A stretch of DNA of 51,630 nucleotides from positions 1 to 51,630 of the forward strand of contig JAWOEA010000001.1 of NCBI GenBank assembly GCA_046483005.1, written 5' to 3'. This stretch comes from Candidatus Undinarchaeales archaeon. Its GTDB lineage: Archaea; Undinarchaeota; Undinarchaeia; Undinarchaeales; JALTGF01. The translations under genes and the position numbers were made by a program. The notes beneath the pieces were generated by a model that saw only the letters and a list, made by a program, of their open reading frames with translations, was not told the DNA's origin and did not search any database. Of this stretch, positions 29,228-38,782 are shown piece by piece. The first letter of the stretch is position 1, and each line of letters opens with the position of its first letter.

Positions 29228-29811
29228 TAGTAAACCTCGCACTTTAATTCAAAGTAATTTTTTGGATGGTCGCATGACGGGCATTTTTCCGGCGGTTTTT
29301 TGCCTTTATGTACATATCCGCATTTTCTGCAGACCCAAGCTGTTTCCTCTTCCTTTTCAAAAACAGTTTTTCCCTGAACTTCATTTAAAAGTGTTGAATA
29401 TCTTTCTTCATGGTGCTTTTCTGCTTTTGCAATTGCTCTTAATCTATTTGCAATATCAGAAAATCCTTCTTCTTCAGCAGTATCGGCAAATCCAGGATAC
29501 ATTTCGGTATTTTCATAATGTTCTCCTTCAATTGCAGATTTTAAATTTTCAGCAGTATCTCCAAGAATTATTGGAGCAGATGCATCTACTTCTAGTTCAT
29601 CAAGGTCTTCGCTACTTTTCTTTTTTAGGTCGTTTATCATTCTGAAAAGCCACTTTGCGTGCTCTCTTTCATTTTCAGCTGTAAGCAGAAATAATTCAGA
29701 TACCTGCTCGTAGCCTTCCTTTTTAGCTATTTTTGAATAAATAGTATAACGGTTTCTTGCCTGACTTTCACCAATGAATGCTTTTGTTAAATTCTCTATG
29801 GTTTTTTTAAT
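29227..29811 (-). CDS. rbr: Rubrerythrin; start codon uncertain (ATT 29811, GTG 29820 or TTG 29829)
   Basis: [35 protein letters not shown]...CPSC. Confidence 0.93.
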   Translation of the reverse strand: MKKTIENLTKAFIGESQARNRYTIYSKIAKKEGYEQVSELFLLTAENEREHAKWLFRMINDLKKKSSEDLDELEVDASAPIILGDTAENLKSAIEGEHYENTEMYPGFADTAEEEGFSDIANRLRAIAKAEKHHEERYSTLLNEVQGKTVFEKEEETAWVCRKCGYVHKGKKPPEKCPSCDHPKNYFELKCEVY

Positions 29812-29881
29812 TTTTACCACCTCAAGCAAAGATAGTTTAGTTCTCTTTAAAAAGATTTCTTGAATTCCTTTTCACGTGCAA

Positions 29882-29917
29882 AACCTTTAAATACTAGTTA
29901 TGAATATATATTCATAA
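29882..29917 (+). promoter_or_regulatory. BRE/TATA promoter followed by a perfect 20-bp palindromic operator
   Basis: AACC-TTTAAATA, then TTATGAATATATATTCATAA (29898-29917), then GAGGTG RBS. Confidence 0.8.
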
Positions 29918-29932
29918 TAAGAGGTGATAACT

Positions 29933-30187
29933 ATGCCAGGATTTAACAGAACAGGTCCAAGAGGAGAAGGACCAAGAACAGGAAGAGGTCTGGGCCCTTG
30001 CGGTGCAGGATACAAATGCAGAAGAGGTTTTAGACAGGGGTACAGAAGAAGGTCTGGACGAAGATTCTACGGAGCTCCAGCCCCATTAACAAAAAAGGAA
30101 GAAAAAGAAGCACTTACAGAAGAGAAAAAAGCCATTGAAGAAGAACTAAAAGCAGTAGAAAAAAGAATCAGGGAGTTAGAAGAATAA
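29933..30187 (+). CDS. DUF5320-family Gly/Arg-rich protein
   Basis: MPGFNRTGPRGEGPRTGRGLGPC N-terminus and C-terminal coiled coil. Confidence 0.85.
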   Translation: MPGFNRTGPRGEGPRTGRGLGPCGAGYKCRRGFRQGYRRRSGRRFYGAPAPLTKKEEKEALTEEKKAIEEELKAVEKRIRELEE

Positions 30188-30603
30188 TGCCTCCAAGGCC
30201 ATACAGATTCAGAAGAGTAAGAAGAGAGCCGGATGTAGATTACTTTAAACCAGCGGGCGTCGGAATTTCAGAAACAGGAATTATAGAGCTCGGTGTAGAT
30301 GAATTTGAAGCAGTCCGGCTCCATGATTTTGAAAAGAAAACACAACAGGAATCTGCTGAAAAGATGGGCATTTCTCAGCCGACGTTTCATAGAATACTTG
30401 AAAATGGACATGGAAAGATAGCAGAAGCAATTGTAAAAGGATTGGCTATAAAAATAAAAGGAGGGAGATATATGACCAACAACACAGGGAAAAAAGGAGT
30501 TCCTAAAAAAGACGGCTCAGGAAAAGGAAAACGTATGAATAAAGGAAGAAGCGGATGCAAACCGCCAAAAGACAAAGGAATTAAAAAAGAAAACAAAAAA
30601 TAA
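30187..30603 (+). CDS. DUF134 (UPF0251) HTH protein with basic C-terminal extension
   Basis: PRP...FKPAG, DEFEAVRL.D, QQESAEKMGISQPTFHRIL, KIAEAIV.G..IKIKGG. Confidence 0.88.
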   Translation: MPPRPYRFRRVRREPDVDYFKPAGVGISETGIIELGVDEFEAVRLHDFEKKTQQESAEKMGISQPTFHRILENGHGKIAEAIVKGLAIKIKGGRYMTNNTGKKGVPKKDGSGKGKRMNKGRSGCKPPKDKGIKKENKK

Positions 30604-30643
30604 GCTCAAAACTTAAATAGACTTACTCCTTATTCATTTTAAA

Positions 30644-31393
30644 ATGAATGTATTAATTTGGGTACTCCTGGCAACATTTTTAGTTAGTTTAATATCCTGG
30701 GTTGGAGCTGCTACGCTTTTCTTAAAAGAAAAACTTCTTGATAAAATACTCCTTGGATTAGTTGCATTTGCAGCCGGTGCTTTAATTGGAGGCGCTTTCC
30801 TGCATTTACTTCCGGAGGCAATCATGGAGGCGGGAATTTCAAAAAGTTTTACGATATTTTTGTACCTTCTTGCTGGATACTGCACCTTTTTCATCCTTGA
30901 ACAATTCATTCACTGGCATCACTGCCATTCAACTAGTCATACCCTGAAAAAACCAGTTTCCTACTTAATACTTATTTCAGACGGAGTCCATAATTTCATT
31001 GACGGACTGGTAATTGCAGGCTCATTTATTGCAGGAATTGAAATTGGAATAGTAACAACCATAGCTGTCGCCCTTCATGAAATTCCGCAGGAAATAGGCG
31101 ACTTTGGAGTTTTGATTTACGGCGGGTTTGAGAAAGTAAGAGCCCTTGTATTGAATTTCATCTCTGCTATTCCGGCAATTATTGGAGGGTTATTTGGACT
31201 ATATCTTGCAGGAATTGTAGGAGAGTCAGTTGTATTTTTGCTTCCTTTTGCCGCAGGAAATTTCATTTACATTGCATCTGCTGATTTAGTTCCCGAAATG
31301 AAGAAATGTGAAACATTAATCAAAAGCATTCTGCACTTCTTTGCTTTCTTATTGGGTCTCTTCTTAATGATTGCGGTAAAATTCTTACATTAA
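30644..31393 (+). CDS. ZIP family divalent metal transporter
   Basis: HLLPEA, HWHHCH loop, DGVHNFIDG, LHEIPQEIGDF. Confidence 0.93.
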   Translation: MNVLIWVLLATFLVSLISWVGAATLFLKEKLLDKILLGLVAFAAGALIGGAFLHLLPEAIMEAGISKSFTIFLYLLAGYCTFFILEQFIHWHHCHSTSHTLKKPVSYLILISDGVHNFIDGLVIAGSFIAGIEIGIVTTIAVALHEIPQEIGDFGVLIYGGFEKVRALVLNFISAIPAIIGGLFGLYLAGIVGESVVFLLPFAAGNFIYIASADLVPEMKKCETLIKSILHFFAFLLGLFLMIAVKFLH

Positions 31394-31801
31394 ATGAATC
31401 TTGAAAAATTCCTGAAAAAAGAGAATACTTTTGCAGTTGTAGGGGCAACTACAAATAAAGATAAATGGGGCTGGAAAGTTTTCAAGAATTTAAAGGAAAA
31501 CAGTCTTGAAGTTTATCCGGTAAATCCAAAATATTCTGAAATTGATTCGGATAAATGCTACTCCAACCTTTCAGAAATTCCTGAAAAGATAGATGTTGCA
31601 GTAACTATAGTCAAACCGAAAGTAACTGAGAAAATTGTTAAAGAATGTAAAGAACTTGGGATCACTAAAATCTGGATGCAGCCGGGTTCTGAATCGGAAA
31701 AAGCAGTAAATTACTGCAAAAATAATAATATTGAAGTAGTCCATGATGTATGTATGATTAGAGATGTAAGTTTAGAGGAGAAAACTGAAAAGAATGAGTG
31801 A
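31394..31801 (+). CDS. CoA-binding domain protein (YccU-like)
   Basis: AVVGAT, YPVNP, IWMQPG. Confidence 0.88.
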   Translation: MNLEKFLKKENTFAVVGATTNKDKWGWKVFKNLKENSLEVYPVNPKYSEIDSDKCYSNLSEIPEKIDVAVTIVKPKVTEKIVKECKELGITKIWMQPGSESEKAVNYCKNNNIEVVHDVCMIRDVSLEEKTEKNE

Positions 31802-32366
31802 AAAAATGCAAAAAATAGACAAAGAAATAATAAATTGTAAAAAGTGCCGTCTTTCTGAAAAAAGAACAAAGGCAGTCCCCGGAGAAGGACCGGAAGATGC
31901 AGACATTCTATTTATAGGAGAAGGCCCCGGCAGAAATGAAGACCAGCAGGGAAAGCCCTTTGTAGGAAAAGCCGGTGATATTTTAGACGAGCTCCTGGAT
32001 TCAATCAATCTTGAAAGAGCTTCAGTTTACATTACAAATGTAGTGAAATGCAGACCTCCCGGCAACAGAAACCCAAAAGAAGATGAAATTAAAATCTGCA
32101 CTTCAAACTATTTGGAGAGGCAGATTCAGTTAATAAAGCCGAAACTTATCTGTCCAATGGGAAATTTTGCATCAGAATACATACTTGAAAAATACGGATT
32201 TAAAACAGAGAGAATTGGAAAAATTCACGGAAAGGAATTCAATGTAAATAATTTAGTCCTGAATGCAAAAATAATTCCGCTTTATCATCCGGCTGCAGCC
32301 ACATATAATCCAAATATGAAATCAGTCTTGAAGGAGGACTTTGAAAAAATCAAAGAAAACAAATGA
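31794..32366 (+). CDS. Family 4 uracil-DNA glycosylase (4Fe-4S)
   Basis: CKKCRL, GEGPG, PFVG, NVVKCRPP.NR.P, YHPAA. Confidence 0.94.
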   Translation: MSEKMQKIDKEIINCKKCRLSEKRTKAVPGEGPEDADILFIGEGPGRNEDQQGKPFVGKAGDILDELLDSINLERASVYITNVVKCRPPGNRNPKEDEIKICTSNYLERQIQLIKPKLICPMGNFASEYILEKYGFKTERIGKIHGKEFNVNNLVLNAKIIPLYHPAAATYNPNMKSVLKEDFEKIKENK

Positions 32367-33004
32367 ACGCAATATACCTATTAGGGACAATTGCCTTATC
32401 ATTGATTGCAGTTGCTGTAGTTTCAATATCACTGCTTTCTGTTTTAACAATAATTTCATTGAAAACAGACAAAATAATTTTTCCACATCTAATAATACTT
32501 CTCATATCCGCTTTTGAAAGTCCGGCTCAGGCCATTCTCTCATTTTTTAAATTAGAAAGCGATGCAGTAACACAGCTTGAAGTTAACATAAGAAACAAGC
32601 TTAATCTGACAGCTTTCAAAAAAACTAAATATAAAAACAGGCTGCTGCTTCTTCCTCAGTGTTTAAGACATGCAACGAAATGTCCTGCAAAAACAACAAA
32701 AAGAGGAATAAGATGCGCTAAATGCGGAAGATGTAAAGTTAAAAATATTGTAGAAAAAGCAGAAGATTTAGGATATAAATACTCAATAGCTCCCGGCGGG
32801 ACATTCGCATCCAGAAGAATAAAAGAAGTAAAGCCGGATGCCGTTCTCGGAGTCGGCTGTTTATTTGAATTGAAAGAAGGACTTAACAACTGTGCGAAAT
32901 ACAGAATTCCTGCAATTGGAGTTCAGCTTGAAAAAACGGGCTGTGTAAATACGAAAGTCGACCTGAAAGAGCTTTTTGAAACGATGGAACTGAAAGAAAA
33001 TTAA
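32363..33004 (+). CDS. DUF116-family Cys-rich membrane-anchored protein
   Basis: LLPQCLR...CPA...CAKCGRC, PGGT, GVGC..EL, GCVNT. Confidence 0.85.
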   Translation: MNAIYLLGTIALSLIAVAVVSISLLSVLTIISLKTDKIIFPHLIILLISAFESPAQAILSFFKLESDAVTQLEVNIRNKLNLTAFKKTKYKNRLLLLPQCLRHATKCPAKTTKRGIRCAKCGRCKVKNIVEKAEDLGYKYSIAPGGTFASRRIKEVKPDAVLGVGCLFELKEGLNNCAKYRIPAIGVQLEKTGCVNTKVDLKELFETMELKEN

Positions 33005-33047
33005 CCGAAACATTTAAGTTTAGTAATTCATAAAATCTAAAACTCAG

Positions 33048-34466
33048 ATGAACAAAAAAATACTGTTGCTTGCAATATCAGCAGTTTTCTTATTTTCTCT
33101 AGCTCCCAGTATAAATGCGCAGGAAGCGCCGGAAGATTTGAGCTGCGCCGTCTACTTTACAGGAATTGGATGCCCGCACTGCGCCAAATCCGACCCATAT
33201 TTATTAGATGAACTTCTTGAAGAAAAGTCGAATTTTATAGTTATTGAATATGAAGTTTACCAGCAGAGAGTAAACGGACAGATAATGTATGACTACGAAG
33301 AAACCTACGGAACCGGCTTTGGAATTCCCCTATTGATTTTTGACAAAAATACTACGTTAACAGGCGATGTCCCAATTATTGAGAATACAGAAAAACTGAT
33401 TGAAGAAAATTCAGGCAGTAAATGTCTTTTTCCGGAGGGAGAAAAAAGCTTTGATGAACTTGATTTAACTGAACTTCCAGGGGCTCCAAAACTCTGGTAT
33501 CAAAACCGTTTAGTAAGTCTCCCTGTAAACAAAGAAAATGTAAGCAGTGAGCTTGTCAAAGAGTTTTTATTTTCGGAAAATCCGGAAGAAATTGTTAAGA
33601 AATACACTGACGAAATTGCTCCAGGGGGCTCTGCACCAATTTCAAGCTCAAAAATCAGCTTCAATCAGGCAGCCCAAATAAATAACACTTACTTCCTTTT
33701 TGGAGAAACTGAAAAGGAAGTGCAGGAAGAAACGGAATCTGAAAAAGAAGGAACTGATCCAGGAGTTCATAAGGAGCTGACTTTTGCAGGCATCTTATCT
33801 CTTGCTGTAGTCGATGCAGTAAATCCGTGCGCTTTAGCTGTCTTAAGTTTGATGTTAATTGCAATCATTACTTATAATCCAAAAAAGAAGAAAAATATTC
33901 TTCTGGCAGGGCTTGCATTTGTTTTCTCTGTCTTTGTAATGTATTTGTTCTATGGACTAGTTATAGTGAGGTTTTTTCAGGTGGTTCAGGCGCTGACTTC
34001 CGTCAGATTAATTCTGTATAAAATTTTAGGAGCTGTTGCGATTATTCTTGGTTTTCTGAATGTAAAGGATTTCATTAAATACACTCCCGGCAGTTTAGGA
34101 ACTGAAATGCCCATGAATTTGAGACCGAAAGTTAAGAAAATAATTTCAGGAATTACTTCTCCGAGAGGGGCATTTCTCGTAGGGGCATTTGTAACGGTTT
34201 TCTTACTGCCCTGTACAATAGGGCCTTATGTAATTGCAGGTGGTTTATTGTCTAAACTTGAAATAATTAAAACGATACCATGGCTTTTATTCTACAACAT
34301 AATTTTTGTTCTTCCAATGATAGGGATAACTTTATTTGTTTATCTTGGTCTTGGACAGGTTGAAGATGTCAAGGGCTGGAAGGAAAACAATATCAGATAT
34401 CTGCATTTAATTGCTGGAATAATTATGATACTTCTTGGAATTGCTATGATTGCCGGATGGGTTTGA
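33048..34466 (+). CDS. Thioredoxin-like plus DsbD/CcdA-like membrane thiol-disulfide protein
   Basis: Signal peptide, GCPHC, then a TM domain with DAVNPCA and LPCT.GPY. Confidence 0.8.
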   Translation: MNKKILLLAISAVFLFSLAPSINAQEAPEDLSCAVYFTGIGCPHCAKSDPYLLDELLEEKSNFIVIEYEVYQQRVNGQIMYDYEETYGTGFGIPLLIFDKNTTLTGDVPIIENTEKLIEENSGSKCLFPEGEKSFDELDLTELPGAPKLWYQNRLVSLPVNKENVSSELVKEFLFSENPEEIVKKYTDEIAPGGSAPISSSKISFNQAAQINNTYFLFGETEKEVQEETESEKEGTDPGVHKELTFAGILSLAVVDAVNPCALAVLSLMLIAIITYNPKKKKNILLAGLAFVFSVFVMYLFYGLVIVRFFQVVQALTSVRLILYKILGAVAIILGFLNVKDFIKYTPGSLGTEMPMNLRPKVKKIISGITSPRGAFLVGAFVTVFLLPCTIGPYVIAGGLLSKLEIIKTIPWLLFYNIIFVLPMIGITLFVYLGLGQVEDVKGWKENNIRYLHLIAGIIMILLGIAMIAGWV

Positions 34467-34511
34467 AAACAACTTTTTACTAAAATTAAACTCTAATTAA
34501 ACTTTAGTAAT

Positions 34512-35936
34512 TTACTTCTTCTCTTCCTTCCTCTCTTTTCTCCATCTCTTTCTCTCTTTCTTTTCCATCTCTTCTAAACCTTTCCAGCCGTGTTCAGCCA
34601 GCTTCTTAATAAAATCATACCAATTATAGACAACAAATCCCAGCAGAACAAAAATGATGCCTCCTGCAATTATTAATAACTTGAGATGGTACAGCATGAA
34701 TAAAACAAGAGCCATTCCAATTACAGGCAGTATTGGAGTTTTTCCTATTTTTCCAGGCACTTTAAATGTTCTTTTTGCATCCGGATATGTATATCTCAGC
34801 ATGATAAGAGACATGTTAACCACTAAAAAAGTAAGATAAATTGTCAAATTAGTCATTTCCGCAACCAAACCTATGTTCCCACCCAGAGCAAAAAGTATTG
34901 AAAAGGTCATCACTATTGAAATTGCCACCCACGGCGTTTTCCGGTCTGAATGGATTCTTGCCAAATATTTGGGCAAAGATTCTTCAGCACCCATCCCATA
35001 GGCAATCCTTGAAGTTGACATCATAGAAATCATCATAGTATTTGCCGTTGAAATTAAAGCAATCACTGAAAGGATTTTAAAGGCAACACTTCCAAATGCT
35101 ATTGCTGCAACATCTGCCAGCGGAGAGCTTGATGCCCCCAGCGCTTCCCAGCCCATGACACTTACTGCTGAAAGTGCAACCAAAATATACAAAACTGTCG
35201 TAATAATAATGGAGAGAATTAATGCTTTGGGAATAACTTCTTCCGGATTCTTTGTTTCTTCCGATAATTTGATTATACTCTCAAAACCAATGAAAGCAAA
35301 GAAGATAAGTGCGGAAGCGCTGAACAGTCCCCTTAAACCATGAGGAGTTGCCAGATAATCAATTCCTGGAGCCCCGAAGTATGAAATTCCTGCAACAATT
35401 ATCAACACTAACCCGCCGACTTCTATAATTGTAAATAAAATATTAAGCCATGCTGTTTCCTTTACTCCGTAGAAATTAATGAAAGAAAGAACTATTATGA
35501 TTAAAATGGCAACAGGCAGAATATTTTGAATACCGAATAATTTAGAAAAATAACCTGCAAATCCCAGAGCTATTGTTGAAATTGCAATTACTCCTGAAAT
35601 TAATATAAGCCAGCCGACAAGGAATGCTATTTTTTTACCAAAAGCATGGTCTGCATAAATGAATTCTCCGGCATCCTTTGGAAACATTGAACTTAATTCA
35701 GCATAACTCAAACCAGTAAAAATAGCAACAAGAGATGCAAAAAAGAATGAAATCCAGACAGAATTTCCCGCCATGCCGGTTGCAACACCCATTAATGCAT
35801 AAATTCCTGCACCTGAAATAATCCCAACACCAGCAGATACTGCATGAACCAAACCGAGGTCCCTTTTCAGAGTTACTTTTTTGCTTTTCTGTCCAAGTTT
35901 ATGATGAGGATGTTTTGGATGTTTTCTCTTTGGCAT
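34512..35936 (-). CDS. APC-family amino acid permease
   Basis: LKRDLG, GAGIY, SYAEL..MFP..GE, FAFIGFE, EETKNP, KTPWVA. Confidence 0.9.
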   Translation of the reverse strand: MPKRKHPKHPHHKLGQKSKKVTLKRDLGLVHAVSAGVGIISGAGIYALMGVATGMAGNSVWISFFFASLVAIFTGLSYAELSSMFPKDAGEFIYADHAFGKKIAFLVGWLILISGVIAISTIALGFAGYFSKLFGIQNILPVAILIIIVLSFINFYGVKETAWLNILFTIIEVGGLVLIIVAGISYFGAPGIDYLATPHGLRGLFSASALIFFAFIGFESIIKLSEETKNPEEVIPKALILSIIITTVLYILVALSAVSVMGWEALGASSSPLADVAAIAFGSVAFKILSVIALISTANTMMISMMSTSRIAYGMGAEESLPKYLARIHSDRKTPWVAISIVMTFSILFALGGNIGLVAEMTNLTIYLTFLVVNMSLIMLRYTYPDAKRTFKVPGKIGKTPILPVIGMALVLFMLYHLKLLIIAGGIIFVLLGFVVYNWYDFIKKLAEHGWKGLEEMEKKERKRWRKERKEEKK

Positions 35937-35993
35937 GAGAAAAACTAAGTTAGAAGTAGTTTATTACTTTATTGATAAAGGAAATTAAACTTA

Positions 35994-36125
35994 TTAAAGT
36001 ATATCATCAAGAGCCACCAGCTCTTTTTCGTCAAGCTCCTCAACTTTCTGCATCTTTTTAGCTAGTTCCATTTTGTTATAATTTTGAATCATTTTCTGCA
36101 GTAATTCTTTTTAGGTTTCTTCGGC
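35994..36125 (-). pseudogene. Possible truncated antitoxin-like remnant (32-aa residual ORF 35994-36092)
   Basis: Frame reads AEET*KELLQKMIQNYNKMELAKKMQKVEELDEKELVALDDIL, with in-frame TAA at 36111-36113. Confidence 0.35.
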
Positions 36126-36135
36126 TTATATAATT

Positions 36136-36642
36136 TTAAATTGATCTCAATGCAATCTCAACCGCTTCTTTTGGAGTTTCAGCTTCAAGTACTTCTGCCC
36201 CGCATTTCTCAATTTTCTCTTTTATTTCAGGAATTTCCATTATTTTGTCAAAGTTATCTGCAGTTCCTTTAGTCCCTTTCAAAAGAATAACTTTTTTTCC
36301 AAAAATACAGCTATATAATATTTCAATCAAAGTTCCAATTGAACCGCAGACGGCAATTACTGCATCTCCGCTGTTTGCAACTATTGTATTTCTGGCATAG
36401 CCGATCCCTGTTGGTATTTTAATATCTAAAAATTCATTTGCTTCTTCAATTGAGTTCGGGAGAATTCCCACGGTTGTTCCTCCTTCTAACTTTGCTCCTC
36501 TGCAAGCGGCTTCCATTACTCCAAGTTTTCCGCCGCACACCAAAACAGCGCCCGCCCTTGCTATTTCTTTTCCAAGCTCTTCAGCTGTTTTTAAAGCTTC
36601 TTTTCCGGCTGATTCGTTTGAGCCAATAACTGAAATCTGCAT
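36136..36642 (-). CDS. TIGR00725/LOG-family Rossmann-fold protein
   Basis: VCGG..GVMEA, GILP, TGIGYARN, GTLIE. Confidence 0.85.
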   Translation of the reverse strand: MQISVIGSNESAGKEALKTAEELGKEIARAGAVLVCGGKLGVMEAACRGAKLEGGTTVGILPNSIEEANEFLDIKIPTGIGYARNTIVANSGDAVIAVCGSIGTLIEILYSCIFGKKVILLKGTKGTADNFDKIMEIPEIKEKIEKCGAEVLEAETPKEAVEIALRSI

Positions 36643-36680
36643 AGTAAAATATTATTAAGTAGTCAACTTAAAAGAACTTT

Positions 36681-37514
36681 ATGGTCTATATAACTAAAGT
36701 AGACGGAAGAAAAGAAAAGTTTGAAAGAAAGAAAGTATACGGGACCTGTATCAGAGCAGGCGTCCCGAAAAAAGTAGCATCAAGGATTTCAAAAGAAGTT
36801 GAAAATGAAATACACGAAGGCATTTCTTCCAGAAAAATTTTAGATATTGTTCTTAAAAAATTAGATAGATATAAAAGCCAGCATTCTGCTCTTTATAATT
36901 TAAAAAAGGCACTTGCTGATTTAGATCCTGGAGACAGTCAGTTTGAGAAATACGTAAGACATATTCTTAAAGAACACGGATACAAAACCAGATGGAACAA
37001 AATAATTCAAGGAGAATGCATAGAACATCAGATAGACGTAATTGCTGAAAAAGACGATAAGAAATATCTGGTTGAATGCAAACATCATATAAATCCTCAT
37101 AGATATTCAGGACTAGGAACTGCTCTGCAGACCTGGGCAGTCATTGATGATATGAGAAAGGGCTTCAAAAAAGGAAAATCAAAAGAAAAATTTGAAAATA
37201 TCTGGCTTGTCACAAATACAAAGTTTTCAGCTCATTCAATCAGGTATGCGAAGGCCAAAAAAATGCGATTAATTGGATGGGATTATCCAAAAGGGAATGA
37301 TTTGAGGCATTTAATTAAAAAGAAAGGAATTTATCCAGTAACGATATTAGACGGAAATAAAAAAGTAATTAAGAAATTCACAGATAAAGGCATTCTTTTA
37401 ATAAAAGAAGTAAATGAAAAAACAGTTAATGAGCTAAACAATAAAACCAAAATTAGTAAGAAAAAACTCAAAAAAATTAAAAAAGCAGCAAGGAAAATTC
37501 TTAAATCAGGATGA
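36681..37514 (+). CDS. ATP-cone plus Mrr-like PD-(D/E)xK nuclease domain protein
   Basis: ITKVDGRKEKF ATP-cone; FEKYV, QIDVIA, VECKHH, WLVTNTKFS, GWDYP. Confidence 0.82.
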   Translation: MVYITKVDGRKEKFERKKVYGTCIRAGVPKKVASRISKEVENEIHEGISSRKILDIVLKKLDRYKSQHSALYNLKKALADLDPGDSQFEKYVRHILKEHGYKTRWNKIIQGECIEHQIDVIAEKDDKKYLVECKHHINPHRYSGLGTALQTWAVIDDMRKGFKKGKSKEKFENIWLVTNTKFSAHSIRYAKAKKMRLIGWDYPKGNDLRHLIKKKGIYPVTILDGNKKVIKKFTDKGILLIKEVNEKTVNELNNKTKISKKKLKKIKKAARKILKSG

Positions 37515-38735
37515 TTTCTTAGCTTCCTTTTCTTTTTCTTCTTCCTGATCTTCTTTGTATTTTGAAAAAATTAGACCAAAGATTGTACTTGAAAGTATTG
37601 TTAAGAGAACGGCCATAAAAGCAGTTATCAAAATAATTTCAGCTTCCGGTATAAAGCTGGTAAGTCCTTCTTTTACTGCTATTGAAAGAGGTATTGCAGC
37701 AATCGCCGCACATGCAGCTCCCCTCGGACCAGTAAATGAAACCAGAAGTATTTCTTTTAAATCCATTTGTTCATTAATTAAAGCAAAAACAGAAAAAGCA
37801 GGTCTGATAATAAAAATTAAAGCTCCTATTAAAAGAAGCTCCTTCATCAAAATTCCTGGAACTGCCATCAAAGATATTTGAGCCCCCAATAAAGTAAATA
37901 CTGAAATATTCAGCATAATTGAAAGAGAATCCTCAAAACCGCCGATGTCCTTTTTGAATGGAATTTTCATATTTCCAAGGATTATAGCGCAGATAGCAAC
38001 TGCAAGTATGCCGGAGCCGCCGATGTTTCCAGCTGCTGCATAGGTAATTAGAGCAATGGCAAAACCTAAAATCGGGGACAGCTCTTTTTGAGTTCTTCTA
38101 AAGACATGAACCGCTGCAAACCCAATTACAACTCCTGTTCCTACTCCGGCGGCAATCAACTGCCAAAATTGAGAGATTGCAGTAGTTGGGTGTGAAATAG
38201 TTCCTACCAAGAAACCGAGAAGGAGAAGAGGAACGAGAACCGTCAATGGATCGCTGAAAATAGATTCAATTAAAAGAATATCTAGAGTATCTTTTTCTTC
38301 TTTTAGTGTTCCTCTAAAAGTTACAATAGCTGAACTGGAGCTTCCTCCTATTACGGCGCCAAGAATAAAACTTCCAATCCAGGAAAGAGAAAATATTGAA
38401 TGAGCAAGTAATGCAGTTGTGATCATTGCAAAGAAAAACCCACCGAATGCAAGTTTAAGTGAAATTGTTGAAACTCTTTTAAATGTAGATAATTTTAAAT
38501 GAAATGCACTTGCAAAGGCAATTACTACAAGAGCAAGAGTTCTTAAAAATACTGGAATGTCACCCATGCTTCCTACATTTACTAAATTGAGGACGGTTGG
38601 ACCGAAAACTAAACCAACTAGAAGGAGAAAGAAAGCTTCAGAAATATTATGCCTCTTGGTAAAATGCATTATTAAGATACCAAAACCTAGAAGAGTTGCA
38701 AAGTATGTTACTGTCGGCAGCATATCTGCGGGCAT
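37506..38735 (-). CDS. CPA1 (NhaP-like) cation:proton antiporter
   Basis: Multi-TM; ESIFSDP, GSGILAV, IRP, GPRG motifs. Confidence 0.88.
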   Translation of the reverse strand: MPADMLPTVTYFATLLGFGILIMHFTKRHNISEAFFLLLVGLVFGPTVLNLVNVGSMGDIPVFLRTLALVVIAFASAFHLKLSTFKRVSTISLKLAFGGFFFAMITTALLAHSIFSLSWIGSFILGAVIGGSSSSAIVTFRGTLKEEKDTLDILLIESIFSDPLTVLVPLLLLGFLVGTISHPTTAISQFWQLIAAGVGTGVVIGFAAVHVFRRTQKELSPILGFAIALITYAAAGNIGGSGILAVAICAIILGNMKIPFKKDIGGFEDSLSIMLNISVFTLLGAQISLMAVPGILMKELLLIGALIFIIRPAFSVFALINEQMDLKEILLVSFTGPRGAACAAIAAIPLSIAVKEGLTSFIPEAEIILITAFMAVLLTILSSTIFGLIFSKYKEDQEEEKEKEAKKSS

Positions 38736-38782
38736 GGATTGAATTAAGAATTGAAGATTATAAAGTTATTGATTTAAATTGA

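Noticed and set aside
34477-34510. TTACTAAA/TTTAGTAA inverted repeat
   Set aside because: Weak AT-rich hairpin between convergent genes; at most an ordinary terminator
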